This document shows positions 24,379 to 40,818 of a stretch of 64,000 nt of DNA, piece after piece. Source of the stretch: the human T2T-CHM13v2.0 reference genome, Homo sapiens; the NCBI RefSeq assembly GCF_009914755.1, contig NC_060934.1; one strand, given 5' to 3'. Position 1 is the first letter of the stretch. Each line of letters starts with the position of its first letter. The translations under genes and the position numbers were made by a program. The notes beneath the pieces were generated by a model. That model ran no database searches and was not told the origin of the DNA. It saw only the letters and a list, made by a program, of their open reading frames with translations.

Positions 24379-25798
24379 TAAATTACACATTTTAAGTGCT
24401 CTAGGTTCAATTGGCTCTGAGCATGGTAAACAAACTGCAGTCACTAAAGAATCTCCAAAGGCTTATCTAATACCAGTCAAAGTTATAGATTCTATTTGGA
24501 AGGCTTTTTCATCCTACAAAGAGGATGAGGTCTTATTCGTTGTCCCCAACACCTCGCTTTTTGAGTGTTAGCACAGTGTTTGGCACTCAGTGGCACTCAA
24601 TAACTGTTTGCTGAAAAAAATAAATCAATGAGTATTTAGAGACCCAAATATATATAAGGAAATCTAATACTCGAGTAAATATACCAACAGACACAAGATA
24701 TAGGTGGGGAAAAAGACTATGTGTTGCTACAATTTCAGGGTAATTACACACATACAATCATTCAAGAATTTCAAACTTAAAATGTATTCAACTACACCAA
24801 GTTAACCTTCTCAATAATATGTTCCCTTCTGTTCCACAAATTATTCTTAATTTGATTTTTTTTAAAAATCACACTATCAATTCAGGTAACATTTTTACAA
24901 ATAAAATGTTTTGATTTTTAAGAAGAAGAATAATGACTACAAAGCTATGTATATTGTCAAATCAAATAAATTTATCATGCACCTGAAACTTGCACCAAGG
25001 AAAGGAATTCTAAAAAAGTGACTCCCCAGTTCTCCCACTGAGACAGGAGTTAAAAAGATTTAAGACACTGACAGTTAAATCAATCTCAGTGATCTCTTTT
25101 ACTGGGGGAAAGTACTGATTTGATTTATAAAAGTTTAATTTCAAATTAAAACAGCTGTTAATATCCTTTACCAACCATTATTTTGTTATACGTGGCAGGA
25201 AAATAAGCAGATGAGGTCATCTGCCTAGACCGAGGTGTTGTGATTATTTACAGCCCTAATTTTTGTTCAGTAATTGGTAGGTACAGTTCTAATTCTTGCT
25301 AATGACTACGATATATTGCTCAGGCAAATTAGAGGAATAGAATGTTCTGTTACTTTAGCAGTATTGGTAAAAAGTGACACAATAAAAATGAGTACTCATT
25401 GAATTAAATGCCTTCAACAACATCATAATTCACCCCAAAGATGCTAATACTAAAAACACATCCTGCCCCCATGAAGTGGACTTCAGTAGAATGGAATTTC
25501 TGTATTTATTTAGCATTGGCTTCTATCACTAATTACCCCTTCTTTAATGTAATTTTGGGGCATAACGTAGTAAGTGGTTCATGATCACTAATTAAATGCC
25601 TACTATCTGTGAGAAAACATATTTTAAATTGTTCTCTTGAAATAAAAATGAAAATACTCAAAAGAAAATTCTTTCTTAAAGGTCTCAGAAAGAAAGCAGG
25701 ATTTTTTAAAAGTTAATTCATGACAACAGATAGATCATAAATTGTAAAATTATAAAGCCATTTTTACTGGAATAGAAGAGGATTAGCAGCTAAGGAAA

Positions 25799-25968
25799 TA
25801 CAGTCACGGGCATGGTAAGATATACAGGTACTTTCTAAGTTGCTTCATTTGAGTCACGTGGGAATTCCAAATTGAATCATATGGGAAGTTAGGTCAGAGA
25901 ACATTCTTACTCCAGGAGTTTTTCAAGGATAATAGCTGAGACCTGCTTATATATAGGCCATAATGCAG
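25799..25968 (+). repeat. Copy A of a ~170-bp local direct repeat
   Basis: Aligns to 28418-28587 with about 23 differences by hand (~86% identity). Confidence 0.9.
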
Positions 25969-26985
25969 CTATTTAAAGTAAATAAAGTCTTCAATTCCTA
26001 AAGTGGCAGATTCCATACCAAGTTCTAATGTACCCAGCCACTCACAGCTAAAGCCACAAACAAATGAAATCAATAAAATCAGGCAGTAAAGCCAACATCT
26101 GGGGTTGCTGTTCATTGCCTAAAAGTGTCAATGTGGGTTTTAATTAGCTGGAGTAAGAAGAATAAGAGTTGAATAAAATCAACTTAAATTAGAAGACACA
26201 CACCTGTGATGCAAATATTTTATTCTGTTAAATCTTGTTTATTATACTACTTATCACATTTATCTCAGATGCTGATACAAAATGCTATGCAACAGGCTTT
26301 GAAAACTGTAATGTACCATACACATGCAGGGCCACTACCTACGGATGCTCAGGATGCGCAGTTCATTGCAGTGCCACATCTAAGGGAGGGTCCATAGTAG
26401 ACACTGTAGATATCATGAATTTTTCAGGGTGATCAAAGTTAAATGTCTCAGTCTAACAAGAATTTCTGACAAAGGTGAAGTGTGAGTAAGCAATGACCCT
26501 GTAAGATATTATTTTTAACCCAAAATTTATATTATCTCAGCAAAGAGGTTTCTGGAGGAAGCAAACACAGTTGAAATTATAGCATTTTTTTTCTTTTCTC
26601 TCTAAAATATTATTAGATGCTCATTTAAGGCAAACACCACAATGCAGTACAGCATCATAGCCTAACAGAGCATTATCGCCTACCTAGCTCTATGGCTAAG
26701 CATTTAAGAGGTCAGACCATCATTCTACAAAGCTAGCTGTTTCTGAATTATATACATACAGTAAACCCAGTAAATTCTGTGGGCTTGAAATCACTAATGC
26801 CATAAAAAGGTCTGTTAATTGAAGGTGATTTTATGGGTATACCATGGAGATGGATAAAATATTTTATAAGTCCAAAAATGGCAGCGATTTTAGAAGCACT
26901 GTAAGAAAAGGCAAATCAATATTTGGACTTTGCGTCTTTCTTTGTGAGGACAAAGCATGGCATCCTCCAGGTTGAAAGGGGTTTA

Positions 26986-27401
<416 letters not shown>

Positions 27402-28417
27402 TCAGCAACTTGTTGAAGTCAGATCAGCTTTGTAGAGGAAAAACCCATATTGTTGAGCTTTGTATGACCTCTAGTCAGTCACCACAGCCACATTGTACGT
27501 GGACTCTCTGACCAAGCAACAGGGTAGCTGGAAAAAGTTGACTGACATTCACAGAATGAGTCATTTGACCACCTGAAAACTGAGTGTCCCATTTACTGTG
27601 AATCTCTTTGGTAGGCATTAATGTGAGACAGGAATATCCTCACACTCCATGACAGTTCCAAGAGGTGTCCTCCAGATCCTCTTTGTCACCAACTTCACAA
27701 ATATTTTCTTTCCAACTCCCTGACCAGCCAATCAGTTTGCTAGGCACCATCCATGAATTACTGCATATTGATACCTTAGGACATCTTTACTTCTATAGGA
27801 AATTAACAACTAGATGTAGTGCTCAGAGTTCAGCCCACTGGAAGGATTTCCCTTCCCACTGTCTTTCACGGTCCTCCCTGCATAGGTTACACCTATCCCC
27901 TATAGCTGGTTTCAGTATACTATGCAATCCATCCATAAATGGACCACATATTTTCCTTCTCTGTTAACATATCATAGGAAATTCCCCACGAAGCCATAGA
28001 TATGGACTGAAGAAGAGGCAGAGAAATAGTAGAATCAAGTACCATGGGAGTGTAAATCACCTGCTTGTGCAGTTTACTTGGTGGGCATTCTGGGTCTCTC
28101 AGGCTGCTCTTAATATGCCACATCTGATTACTACTGGAATGCTCTTAGGCACATCCTATTTTAAGGTTCACTGGATTCGATAACACCTTGTTCATTATGG
28201 ACAGGTCAGGTCACATACTTTGCATCCTGCGGTCATGTAGGGTCCAGAAGCAAGCCAGAAAAACTGCTTTTTAAATGGAAAATAGTTGTTGGCAGATAAG
28301 AAATCTGGCCATGATTCTCCTTTGAGGTTTCTTCCAGAAACTCCAAATAGTAATTCTGTCTATCGCATACATTTCTAGTACATTGAGCCTGCTGGGCCAT
28401 AAAATTAATGAGGCATA

Positions 28418-28587
28418 ACAGTCATTGGAATGGTAAGATGTACAAGTACTTTTTAAGTTGGCTTCATCTGAGTCACATGGGAATCCCAAACTGAATCATA
28501 TCGGAAGTTAAGTCAAAGATGATTTTTACTCCAGGAGTTTTTCAAGGATAACAGCTGAGACCATCTTATAGATAGGCTGTAATGCAG
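28418..28587 (+). repeat. Copy B of the ~170-bp local direct repeat, inserted in ERVL pol
   Basis: See copy A. It interrupts otherwise colinear ERVL pol sequence. Confidence 0.85.
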
Positions 28588-29328
28588 ACAGGACCTAAGG
28601 ACCTAATGCAGAGACCTTCCTTTCTCCTGGATTCACTCAAACTGCCAGCCTTAGCATTTATCCAGTAAATGGTCAGCAGTAGCCCATCCGAAGGTAATAT
28701 GTATTGCATTCAAAATCCGAAGTGTCTCACCAAGCATTGTGCTTGATGGTGGATGGGGTTCAAGGTTCAGGTTTAATAATCTGTTTTTCACTTTAGAATA
28801 ACCTGCTTTAGTGTCACTCTAATCCTAGAAACTTCACTGATGTGGTTAGCCCTTCAAATTTTACAGGATTTATCTCCCACACTCCAACATGCATATATCT
28901 AAAGTTACTATAGTACTTGCTTCTTCCTGCCTGTTAGGCCGAATTAGCATAACGCTAACAATTTAATAGTATATTTGATGTTCTATTGGGTATAAAAGAA
29001 ACCAAAGTCCCTCTAGATTATGAGTGATCAGCTAGGTGTTACTTATGGTAAACCTGTAAAGATATACTGTTGTCCCTGCCATGTAAATGCAAACTACTTC
29101 TGATTTTTTCATATCAATGTTAATGGAAAATAAAACAACTTCTAAAGGGCTGTGCTAGTTAGTTCCCATAAATGTTGCACAACTGGAACAATATGTGCAA
29201 ATAGCATCACAACCTACTTAAGTCTGCAAAAATATACTCTCATGCTCCATGACCCACATGTTTTGCATCAGCCAAACAGTCAAATTAAACAAATATGTAG
29301 TAGGAATAGTCACTCTTCATATGTTGCA

Positions 29329-29550
29329 TTTTTTTTTTTTAGACGAAGTCTTGCTCTGTTGCCAGGCTGGAGTGCAGTAGTGCGATCTCCTGGGTTCAAG
29401 TGATTTTCCTGTCTCAGCCTCACAAGTAGCTGGGACTACAAGCACGCACCACCACACCCAGCTAATTTTTGTATTTTTAGTAGAGATGGAGTTTCACCAT
29501 GTTGGCCAGGATGGTCTCGATCTCTTGACCTCATGATCCACTCGCCTTAG
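29329..29550 (-). mobile_element. Alu (AluSc-like), 5'-truncated with a ~25-bp internal deletion
   Basis: ctgttgccaggctggagtgcagt...gcgatctc|ctgggttcaag; gccaggatggtctcgatctc. Confidence 0.88.
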
Positions 29551-30388
29551 TTATATCTTTTATGGTGGTACTAATCTCTGACATTCCCTCAGGAATGTGA
29601 TGTTACTTTTGGTTTACTACCTCAGCTAGGTGAAAAATGTCATTCCAGGAGCTTCTGCTTGGCCCTTTCTTATCATAATAGCCTTCATTACATGGATCAA
29701 GAAACCAACGTGTTGATTCCACCAGTTACTAATTATATCTATTCTCATTATATATTCTGAGACTAAGAAATGCTGTTAGATTTAGAATATGATCAAGATC
29801 TACGTAAATCTCTACTCTGACTTTTAAATACTATGGTGGCATTTAGAGTCTCTGGGGATCAGAATGAATTTAAAGCCAGAATCGAATAACTCAGAAGTTC
29901 TGAGTATTATTTCCTTTTCTCCCGTGTAAAGTCACCCTGGTAGAAGGCTGTAGGATTCTTTATATTGTGAAGATTTCTCTTTCCCACTGGCTTTCAGGGT
30001 CATCCCCATGTGGGGTTTTAGTGCAGCACCTATCCAATTACAGCTGGTCTCAGTATGCCATAAAGATTCATCCATAAATCAGGACCACACAGTTTCCTCC
30101 TCTATTATTATAGAAATATGTTTAGAGATGGCTTGGAAAAAATGCAAAATATACAGCCATTGCTACATTGCAAGGCCCTTTTACAAAGAGACCTGACCTT
30201 TTCCTCAATTGAAAGGACCTAATATATAAATTGGCATACATCTGAAAACACTAAGTTAAATTGTTTCTGCCCACAAGACTTGACATAAGGCAGAATTTTT
30301 CTGCCTATACATGTAAGACAGTACATTGGAAGGCTGCACATGTATTTCATTCTTAGAACTACATCATCAGTTAGCTATTGCCTTAGAT

Positions 30389-30576
30389 TAATGGTTCTCG
30401 AAGTGTCATGTCCAGGCCAGCAGCATCAGCATTACCTAGGAATTTGTTAGAAATAAAAATTTTTAGACTCCACTTCAGACCTATTGAATTAGAAATTCTG
30501 GAGGTGGGGCCCAGCAACCTGGGTTTTAGCAAGCCCCCAACATAAGTCTGACACACAGTGAGGTTAAAAAACCGCT
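30389..30576. mobile_element. MER5A hAT-Charlie DNA transposon
   Basis: tggttctc...ccagcagcatcagcattacctaggaatttgttagaaat...ggggcccagcaacctgggttttagcaagccc. Confidence 0.85.
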
Positions 30577-31684
30577 CCCCCCACAAAAAATACAGAAAAG
30601 AAAATCATTCCCATAGATGCTTACAGGTCAAAACTCCATCCCTGTGGCTTGTTGTAATTTCAAACACCTCGTTTGTAATGATTAAGGGCCACCAGCTGGT
30701 CTCCATCACTGTCAAACCATCATGAATCCTACCGGATCAGGAAACTCAGTTCCATTATGGCATAACCTACAGTCATCTCCTTCCTACAGAGGACAGCAAC
30801 CACAGAGCTATTTAACAATGCTGTTATCCCCCTCACCAACGCATATTATAGTGCTTTCATCAAAACAGCATCCTCTGGCCTTCCTAGGGAGTACGGTTAG
30901 GAGTTGGCTGATCCATTCTAGCATTTCCGTTTCCCCAAGCCTGTGAATTCCTTCCTCTAGAGTAGGTCAGGTAATCTCAAACATTTCTACCTTATTGACT
31001 ATAGGTCATCATTGAGTTCAGGCTTCAATTAATATATTCATAGACTATTAATGCCTCTCCCAAGTGCTCAGACCAACATATTAAACCCTAAATTCCAGGT
31101 GAGTACACCAATGTCAACAATTTAGCCTGATGAACATTAGCATTCACTCCCCATGTATGCCAATACAGACTGGTGGGGTCTTGACCTTCTTGACCTCTTT
31201 CAGTGTATAAACTGTTTCTCCTGGACCAGGCCTTGTACCTTCCCATCTGGGCTATGTTGAGTCAATAAGAGGTGGCAAAGATTGGTCCTGAGGTTAATCA
31301 GCATCTGCCTGTGAGACAGGTAAGAATTTTTTTATGTACAATATTTTTTATTTAAGTTTTAAAATAAATTTTATTGTATAAATTTAAGGTATACAACATG
31401 ATGTTATGGTATGTTTTGTAGCAAAAGTAAAATACTTTTATACACTGAGTAGCCAAATCCCTTAGTGAGCCAGGAGGAGTTAGATTTAGGGCCAGAGGCT
31501 CCTCAGCCATACCTGGTCTGAATCTGGAAGAGATGGGAAACTCTTTCAAGTCTGCAGTGGAGAGCTTCGTTTGTCCACACATGTCCTTAATTGTATGTGC
31601 CTAGTTTTTAAATTACTCCTTTTTTCTATTTAACTTCCTGAGAGACATAAGAAGAAGCCAGGGACTCCACAATCTTTACAATTA

Positions 31685-32868
<1,184 letters not shown>

Positions 32869-33116
32869 TGGTAAATAAGTTATCACTGACATACAATTAA
32901 GAACCACAGCCACTTGACCTCCAATAATCTATCTTCCATGTACACTTCATCCCCATGTTACCACCAGTGATAATCTGAGTAATTATGCCACCTCCTGCCA
33001 TAAACTGCCCATGTCCCATTTTCTTCCGCTGTACACTTTGAATACATGACAAAACTAATTCCGGAATTTCATTTTTGGTTCTGTTGACTAGGAACATTTT
33101 TGGTAAAGTGGGAAAG

Positions 33117-33788
33117 AGTACTAGGCAGGGTGCCAGCATTAAACAGATGGTATAACCAAATTAGAATAATTGAAAAAGGATTGAATAAAAGGACAATTTA
33201 ATAAAGCTATAGGCAAGGGACAAGGAAAACATAGGCTCTTTAAATGTGGTCTCTGAACCAGCAGCACCAACATCACCTGGGAACCTGTCAGAAATGCAAA
33301 TTTTGGACCTCACCCGAGACCTATTAAATTAGAAATCCTGGGAGTGAGGCCTAACCATCTGTAGTGTAACAAACTCATCCAGGTGATTCTAATGTGCACC
33401 AATGTTTGAGAACCACTGACATAAGGTATAATGCAGTAACCAAGTGCTAATAGCTGTGAAGCTGTTACCAATCCTAGGTCCAAAGAGACAAGAGAACAGA
33501 TCCGTATTTGAAACCAGAGAAAGCCATAGAGACAACCACCTTGAGAGAATCAGTGACCTTTGGTCAAGAGACCCAGGCTACCCTAGGAAACCCAATAACA
33601 AGGGGATAATATAATAAATAACAAAGTCTCATTTTCTCCCTTCTTCCAGTTGTCAACCTGGACTCCCAAGTGGCCAAATTCAACCAGAATCTAGAAGGCG
33701 AGGGAACCAGATAATTTTGTACATTACAGCCTTCCAGGCTGAAGAAGAAAGATGTATCTGAAGGAACAAATAGAGGAGATCCGGCATG
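33117..33788 (-). mobile_element. ERVL-class LTR (LTR67B-like), probable 5' LTR of the adjacent provirus
   Basis: gtactaggcagggtgccagcattaaacagatgg...; ggccaaattcaaccagaatctagaaggcgagggaacc. Abuts the ERVL leader. Confidence 0.6.
33235..33418. mobile_element. MER5A inserted in the LTR
   Basis: tgtggtctctgaaccagcagcaccaacatcacctgggaacctgtcagaaatgcaaat...tttgagaaccactg. Confidence 0.85.
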
Positions 33789-35293
33789 CAGGCCTAATTT
33801 GCTTTTGTTAACACACCCAAGTTTTGATAAAACTCCAAAACATGTATTTAAGGAAGCTAGAAATTTAAAATATTTTGCAATTTCCATGGCAAGAATGGTT
33901 TCTCAGGAATGGTCATTTACTATTTAAGCTAATAACTAGATTCCAATAAGAAAGTTCTTTTATGGTTAGTGACCAACCCCTTTTCTTGTTCCCTATAATA
34001 CAGTATATTGTAGATATTAAAGAAATGTCAGGGATTGTTACTATTATTCATTTTATAATCACCTCCTTTCCCCTATTTAGATATTTAAGTCTCTCCTTGT
34101 TTCCATGCCGCATCTGCTAAGTGAGGATCTAACCTGTCACTGAATTCTCCTAGGATTTCTGTTCATATCAGAACCCTTCCCTCTTCTGAATGCCATAATC
34201 TAAGCTCCATTCACCCACAAGCTACAACCTACTGACTTACTTAATTCCTTTCTCTTTTATAAGCTATATTTCTTTATTTGCATTTAATCCTATGTACCGT
34301 TTTGGGCTTACTCTTGCTTTCAGCTAGACAAACTGCTCTAGCCTCCTCCTTGTTCTTAGTTCTATACTACACTTTAACATTCGCATTGCCTTGATGCTTG
34401 AGATGTAAACATATATAATGTGGAGTTGGGCAAAATTAAGGGTCTGCATCCCCATTATTGACTTTTAGACAGCACCACTTCACCGTGCCCCTATCTCCAT
34501 CTATTTCTATTATACAATGCTTGTATCCATCTATTCAGAATTTGTCTGAATGTGAAGTCTCAGCCATCCTTGTCAAACCCATCTCTCCATAGGCACTTCA
34601 CTATATAGGACAAGTACATACACAAGAATAAGAAGCCTTGTTTATAATTATAGACTGCTTTACCACACACATTCTCATCAATGTTTCATCTTTCACGACA
34701 CTGATAACTTGAATTAGAAAGGATTCTGGACAGTCAGCAGAAACTTGTTTTAAACTGAGCTTTGTTAGAAAATAAAAGTAAGACTGAAATAAATATTATC
34801 TGATTATTATGAATGTGTCCCTCAAATGTGTCCTGCAAATTTACCTCTTGGCTTTCTCTGAAATGAAAGAAATCTATTTACAACTATTTTTGGTTTTTTT
34901 TCTACTAAATAAAATAAAAGGTGTATCTTTTGAGGTGTTGGAAGGATCAGCTAACCAATCTCACCCAATCATTACTTGGTATCTGCTATGTGTCTGACGT
35001 TATGCTAGTTGCTATTGACTCAAAGGAAAAAGGAAAATTGTCCTCTGCCTTCAAAGGGAAACAAAAAATAAGCAGGTAGTTATAGTTATTAGTATTTCAT
35101 CAAGGTACAAAGCAGGTTATGTACTCTAGACTCTGTGATCAGAGAAAGGCTTTCTGGAGGAGACATCCCAGAACTATGACCTAAAGAGTATAGTAAGTCA
35201 AGCAGAAGGAGTGAGGATAAGGGAAGAGGAGGAGGTACAAAGAAGAAGCTATATATAAAAAGGTATAAAGGCATTAGAAAATGTGAGGTATTA

Positions 35294-35715
<422 letters not shown>

Positions 35716-37344
35716 TTAAAGTAAAAAGTGAAAAGTGAAGAGGAAAAGTCTAGATAGGTATGTAGGGGAGAAATAAAGAAGGGTCTTGTACCCTATGCTA
35801 ACTATGCTAAAATCTATAGAGAATCATGGAAGAATTTTAAATCAGGGAGTTGAAGAGTAATATTTTCCTTTTTAAAAGGTCACAATGTGAATTGTAAAAA
35901 AATAAATAAATAAATAAAGCTAGATTGGAGGGGCAAGACTAGAAGTGGGGAGATAAGTTAGGATACCATTACAGTTAAAAAAAGAAAAAAGGATGAACCT
36001 GCACTAGAGTGGTAGATGTGAAAGTGGAGGGAAGTAGCTTCATTTGAGAGATTAGGGAAGCAGACTCAATAGGACCTGGTGACTATCTGGTTGAGTAGCT
36101 AGAAGAGATATCAGTGGATGCTAATACAGGACTGAGCTCAGAAAGAAAAATAAGCAAAGGTGACCAAAACAGAATGATCAGAAAACACAAGAAAAACTAT
36201 TATGGCATTTCACACCCAAAACAAGCGTTTGAGGAGATATTGGTCTATGGTATAGGTTGAGTAAATGAGGTCTGAAAAAGAATCAGTGTGCTTGACAAGT
36301 AGGAAGTCAGTGAAATTTGCCAGAGGAGTTTCAGAAGTGGGGTGGAACTAGAAGTCAAATAAGCAAAGTGAGGAGAAAATAGGAGGTGAAGAAACAGATA
36401 AAGCAGGTGCAAATTTCTCTTTTAAAAAAGCTTAACAGTCAGGGATAGAAAGAACTGATAGCAAAAAAAAATTTATAGAGCCCAGGGAAAGTGGTGGCCT
36501 TTTAATTTTTTTAGATGGGAGGAACTGGAACCTTCATCAGAACGAGCTAATAAAAGATAAAGTTTGGGAAAAATAGGATTGTATTCTTCTTATACCAGAC
36601 ATTGGGGTATATTGAGTAAGAGACACTACTGACACAAAATGTCTTTTAAATAATATGTTGGAATAAACTCCCAAAAGCATGAACAATATTCCAATAAAGT
36701 TATGCAAGTTGCAAGATAGGTGATTGAAGAAGAGCTCTTTATTAATCAAAGAAAACTCTCAGGTACACACTGCCTGACATCCTTAAATGGTAACACGTAG
36801 CTAAAGATGACATCCAGGAACCTTAATTAATAAAACCAGGACCATAAACCTCAGGAACAAGAGTTGGAAAGAAGTTTTACAGAGGAAGTTTCAAAAATGG
36901 CAATGAGTGGCCGGAAAAAGAGGAAAAATCAGCATGCGTGTGCTGATGATATTTTACCAGCTAATAGCTCCTCAGAGTTTCTTCTCCATCAGTCTCCCAC
37001 AACCCCAGATCATCACACTGCATTGGACCATTTTCTTGATAGCTTTGGCTCTGAGCCTCTCTAGAGCCCTCTGCTGGTGGATTTTTTTTAAAAAAAATAC
37101 AAGGATTAAGGATTTTACCTGACTTCTAGATCCCATCCATCCAAGGTAAAACCCTTCACATATCTGGCTTTCCTGGGAAGAGTATTCCAGAGGAAACACT
37201 ATTTCCACTTTAATGTAAGTGTTCATGGGAAGTGAAAGTAAACATTTTGCACACAGAGAAAACCTATCAAAGACTCAGAGCAGGAGATAAAAAGGAAGGA
37301 AGATACAAAAAAATGTAAAAATCAAGAAGGGAAAGTTATGCATT

Positions 37345-37520
37345 GTGGGTGACTGCAGGTTCTGGAAACAATCTACCTGAATTCAAACTCTGGCATTATG
37401 CTTTAACAGACACATGGCTGTTAACAAGTTGCTTAGTATTTTTGGACTTCATTTTCCTCATCAGGAAAGTATGGAAAAAAATATCTTTTATTATGTTGAT
37501 TAAATAATTAATAAATGCAA
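37345..37520 (+). mobile_element. MIR
   Basis: acctgaattcaaactctggc...aacaagttgcttagt...ttttcctcatc. Confidence 0.6.
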
Positions 37521-38509
37521 AAAAATGCAAATGGATTCTATTGCTACATTTTCGGTTCTCTCTTCAGTGTCTTATAGAAAAGTAAAGGAAATCAACTTGT
37601 CAACTAGCAGAAAGCAGTATCTAATAACTGATCAAATTATACTGGCAGTAATGCTAATTGATTAAAAGTCATAGCATATCGTCATATACTGAGTTCCAAC
37701 AGATGGCATGAAAAGCCTTTGCAGTCCTGAATCTCTGCCTTCTATACAACATGCTACTGATTAATTGTTTGTTTGTTTGTTTGGTTGGTTGGTTGGTTGT
37801 TTTTACCTCAGCAACTAAATATCCCATTCATATAAACCACAGCACTAGTATCAGAGACCCATTCAGTGCTTGTCTAGTCTAATTTCATGAAGGAAAACAT
37901 CATGCTTATTTGAAGACTATCCTTGAAAAGCTACAGTGGTTAATTTCAGTATTCTAGATATGTCAGTATCAGATATTGAGTCCTGCTTTGCCTATCACCT
38001 CTTTCTAAGACTGAGTGTACAACCTATACCCCCAAACCTCAGACTGTGCTCCAAGCATCTCAAAGTGGCCATTAGGTGACCAGTACATTAATTCTCGTGT
38101 ACATTAAATTCTGTACAATGGGTGGAAGTGGTAAGTGGCTAGGTAAATCAGATTTCATCACTCGGGACCTATAAAGGAAAAATATGGATGAAATTAACCA
38201 GTGGAATTAGGAATTAACACACAAAAAGAAAGAGTCTTATTAATGGTAGAGTGCTAGAGTCAAGATCCATGAAACTACCACTAAGAGGAATAACATTATC
38301 TGGTCCCCATTCTCAGAAGGTCCTGTGGGATTCTGCTACTCTACCCTACATGTGTTCTCATAAAACTCCAATCATTCATGTTCTCCATGACAGGAAATTG
38401 CCAAACTAGCACATTATAGCATTTAATTATCATTCCTTCCCCTCTTTTGGCCTACATACTTACTGGATCATCCTTTCAACATTCAAGAGACTAAATTACA
38501 GAATTACAT

Positions 38510-38869
38510 TGATATGGCTTAGCTGTGTCCCCACCCAAATCTCGAGTTGTAGCTCCCATAATACCCATGTGTCATCGGAGGGACCCGGGGGGGAAGTAAT
38601 TGAATCATGGGAGTGAGTTTTTTCCTTGCTGTTCTTGTGATAGTGAATAAGTCTAATGAGATCTGATAGTTTCATAAAGGGCAGTTTCCCTGCACATGCT
38701 CTCTTGCCTGCCACCATGTAAGACATGACTTTGCTCCTCCTTCACCTTCTGCCATGATTGTAAGACTTCCCCAGCCATGTGGAACTGTGAGTCCATTAAA
38801 TCTCTCTTTCTTTATAAATTACCCCATCTTGGGCATTTCTTCATAGCAGTATGAAAATAGACTAATACA
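38510..38869 (+). mobile_element. THE1 (C/D-like) MaLR solo LTR
   Basis: TGATATGG...GACTAATACA with perfect TSD TACAT. Confidence 0.92.
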
Positions 38870-40818
38870 TACATCTTTGAGACATTTTTTTTCTAGCCTA
38901 AATGTTAAGTGGTATATGCATAATGAGTATGGAAAGACTTCATTAATTAAACATTCCATTTAAGAGGACTGAGCATAATATTCAAAGGAAAGAAAGAATT
39001 CTAGGATTCAATCAAACTATTTAAGTACTAAAGTTCACTTAGAGACCCAGTTAATCAATCCCTCATTTGAAAGTTAAGGACATTGGGAGCCAGGAAGTAA
39101 GTCACTAGGAACTGAGAGACCTGTCAAAAATGACACAGCTATTTAGAGGCAAAGGCAAAACCAGAATCAGAGGTACAAATTCCTACTTCAAAACTTTTTT
39201 TTTCCTATTAGTGAATTTTAATTCTCAAAAAGTTTACTTCTACTCTTGGTCTGAAGTGACTTTTTAACCTCTTAACCTTAATTCCAACATCTTTGAAAGG
39301 TGCTCATATAATTGTGACTACTGAGAGGATGTTACTTCATTTTGTGAAAAACTTTGAAGATAAATAGCACCATTACAATTATGACTCATCTCAAAAAGTT
39401 TAACATTTCAACCTTTGCTTCTTATTGTCTTTTTATGCAACATGACTAATGCACTCTATTTTTTTGTGGCTGTCACAAGAGCCACAAAATCTCTCACTTC
39501 CTTTATTGTGACTCAGTTTGAAAAAAATATGCACAAACTTTTTCTTGAGTGCTTGCTTACATAAATTTACCAAGTAAAAAAATTATACTACTCACTCACC
39601 ATCATCAAGTGAAATACTATGTCATCTTACAGCAGCATCTCCTGGCTGATGTTTGTGGCAAGTCTAAAGAGCTTCATAAACCTTTCCTACATTTCACTCT
39701 GTAGGAAAAGGTATGGGAGGTGGAAGTATGATTGTAAGATAAAAGAGAATTAAGGAGAAAAAATGATGTGGACATGGATGAGAAGCCTGGGAGACAATAG
39801 AAGAGGCACAAAGAGAGAAATGAAGGGAGCTAATAAGAATAAGTGTGTGTATACAGGTGTGTGTGTTGATGTGTACATGTGTGTTTGTGTGCAGCTGGTC
39901 ACAGAAATACAGTCAGAAAGAAGTCGTTATTATGTTGTTTTGACTGATCTGTTGCAGAACAGGAACTGTGATGAAAACAGCAGCAAACAGGGTCAACTTA
40001 CTATTGATCAATATACCACAATTATAATAAGTAGTTCTAAATTAATCCAAGACTATTTCAGAAATCCCAAATAGAACAAAAAAATGAAATTCTACCCTTA
40101 TTAATCATACCATTGCCGGCCAAAAGGAGCAGAATTATACTCCTGAGAGTATTCTGAAAATGTCAGTGCAACATTGTTCTGTACCAAGAACTGTTAGCCT
40201 GCAAATGTATCCTTCCTTTAAAAAAAATTGCCTCCAAAAGTAGATATTAAAGGAGCAACTAAATAGATGTTTCTATTTACCCAAACAAGCTCCAGAGGAA
40301 CTTACGTGAAGTGTCTTAGGCAGAATAAAGCTATACGTTACTCAGAATAAATAAATAACCAAGAATGTTATTTCTTGCACAGTTCAGAGTGATAGAAGGG
40401 TTAAATAAGTAGGTGGAGATAAGGGAAGGCAAAGCTTAAAGGCTCACACCTTGGAAGATATTTAAGTAGGAAAGCATATTGCAAAGTTCATAAGATTGTT
40501 CTCCTAGTCTATTTTACCACTGTAAACCCTCTATTTAAGTATCTAGCTCTATGCATCTTCCGACATCTAAACCCAATTAAATGCCAACTGAAATAGCCTT
40601 AAATTACTACCCCTAAGTAATTCCCTCCTACTTCCATAAATAAAACAAGGAAAGTAAACAGCACTAAAACCAGCTGTGATGTCCTTCACACACACACACA
40701 AAAAAACTTCTTTTTAAAAGCAAAGTTTTCTGAGATATTAAATTTGTAAGAGGAAAAAATCAACACAGACTCATTCATTCCCCAAATGTGCTCACAATTT
40801 TTAAAGTTTTAATATTAC

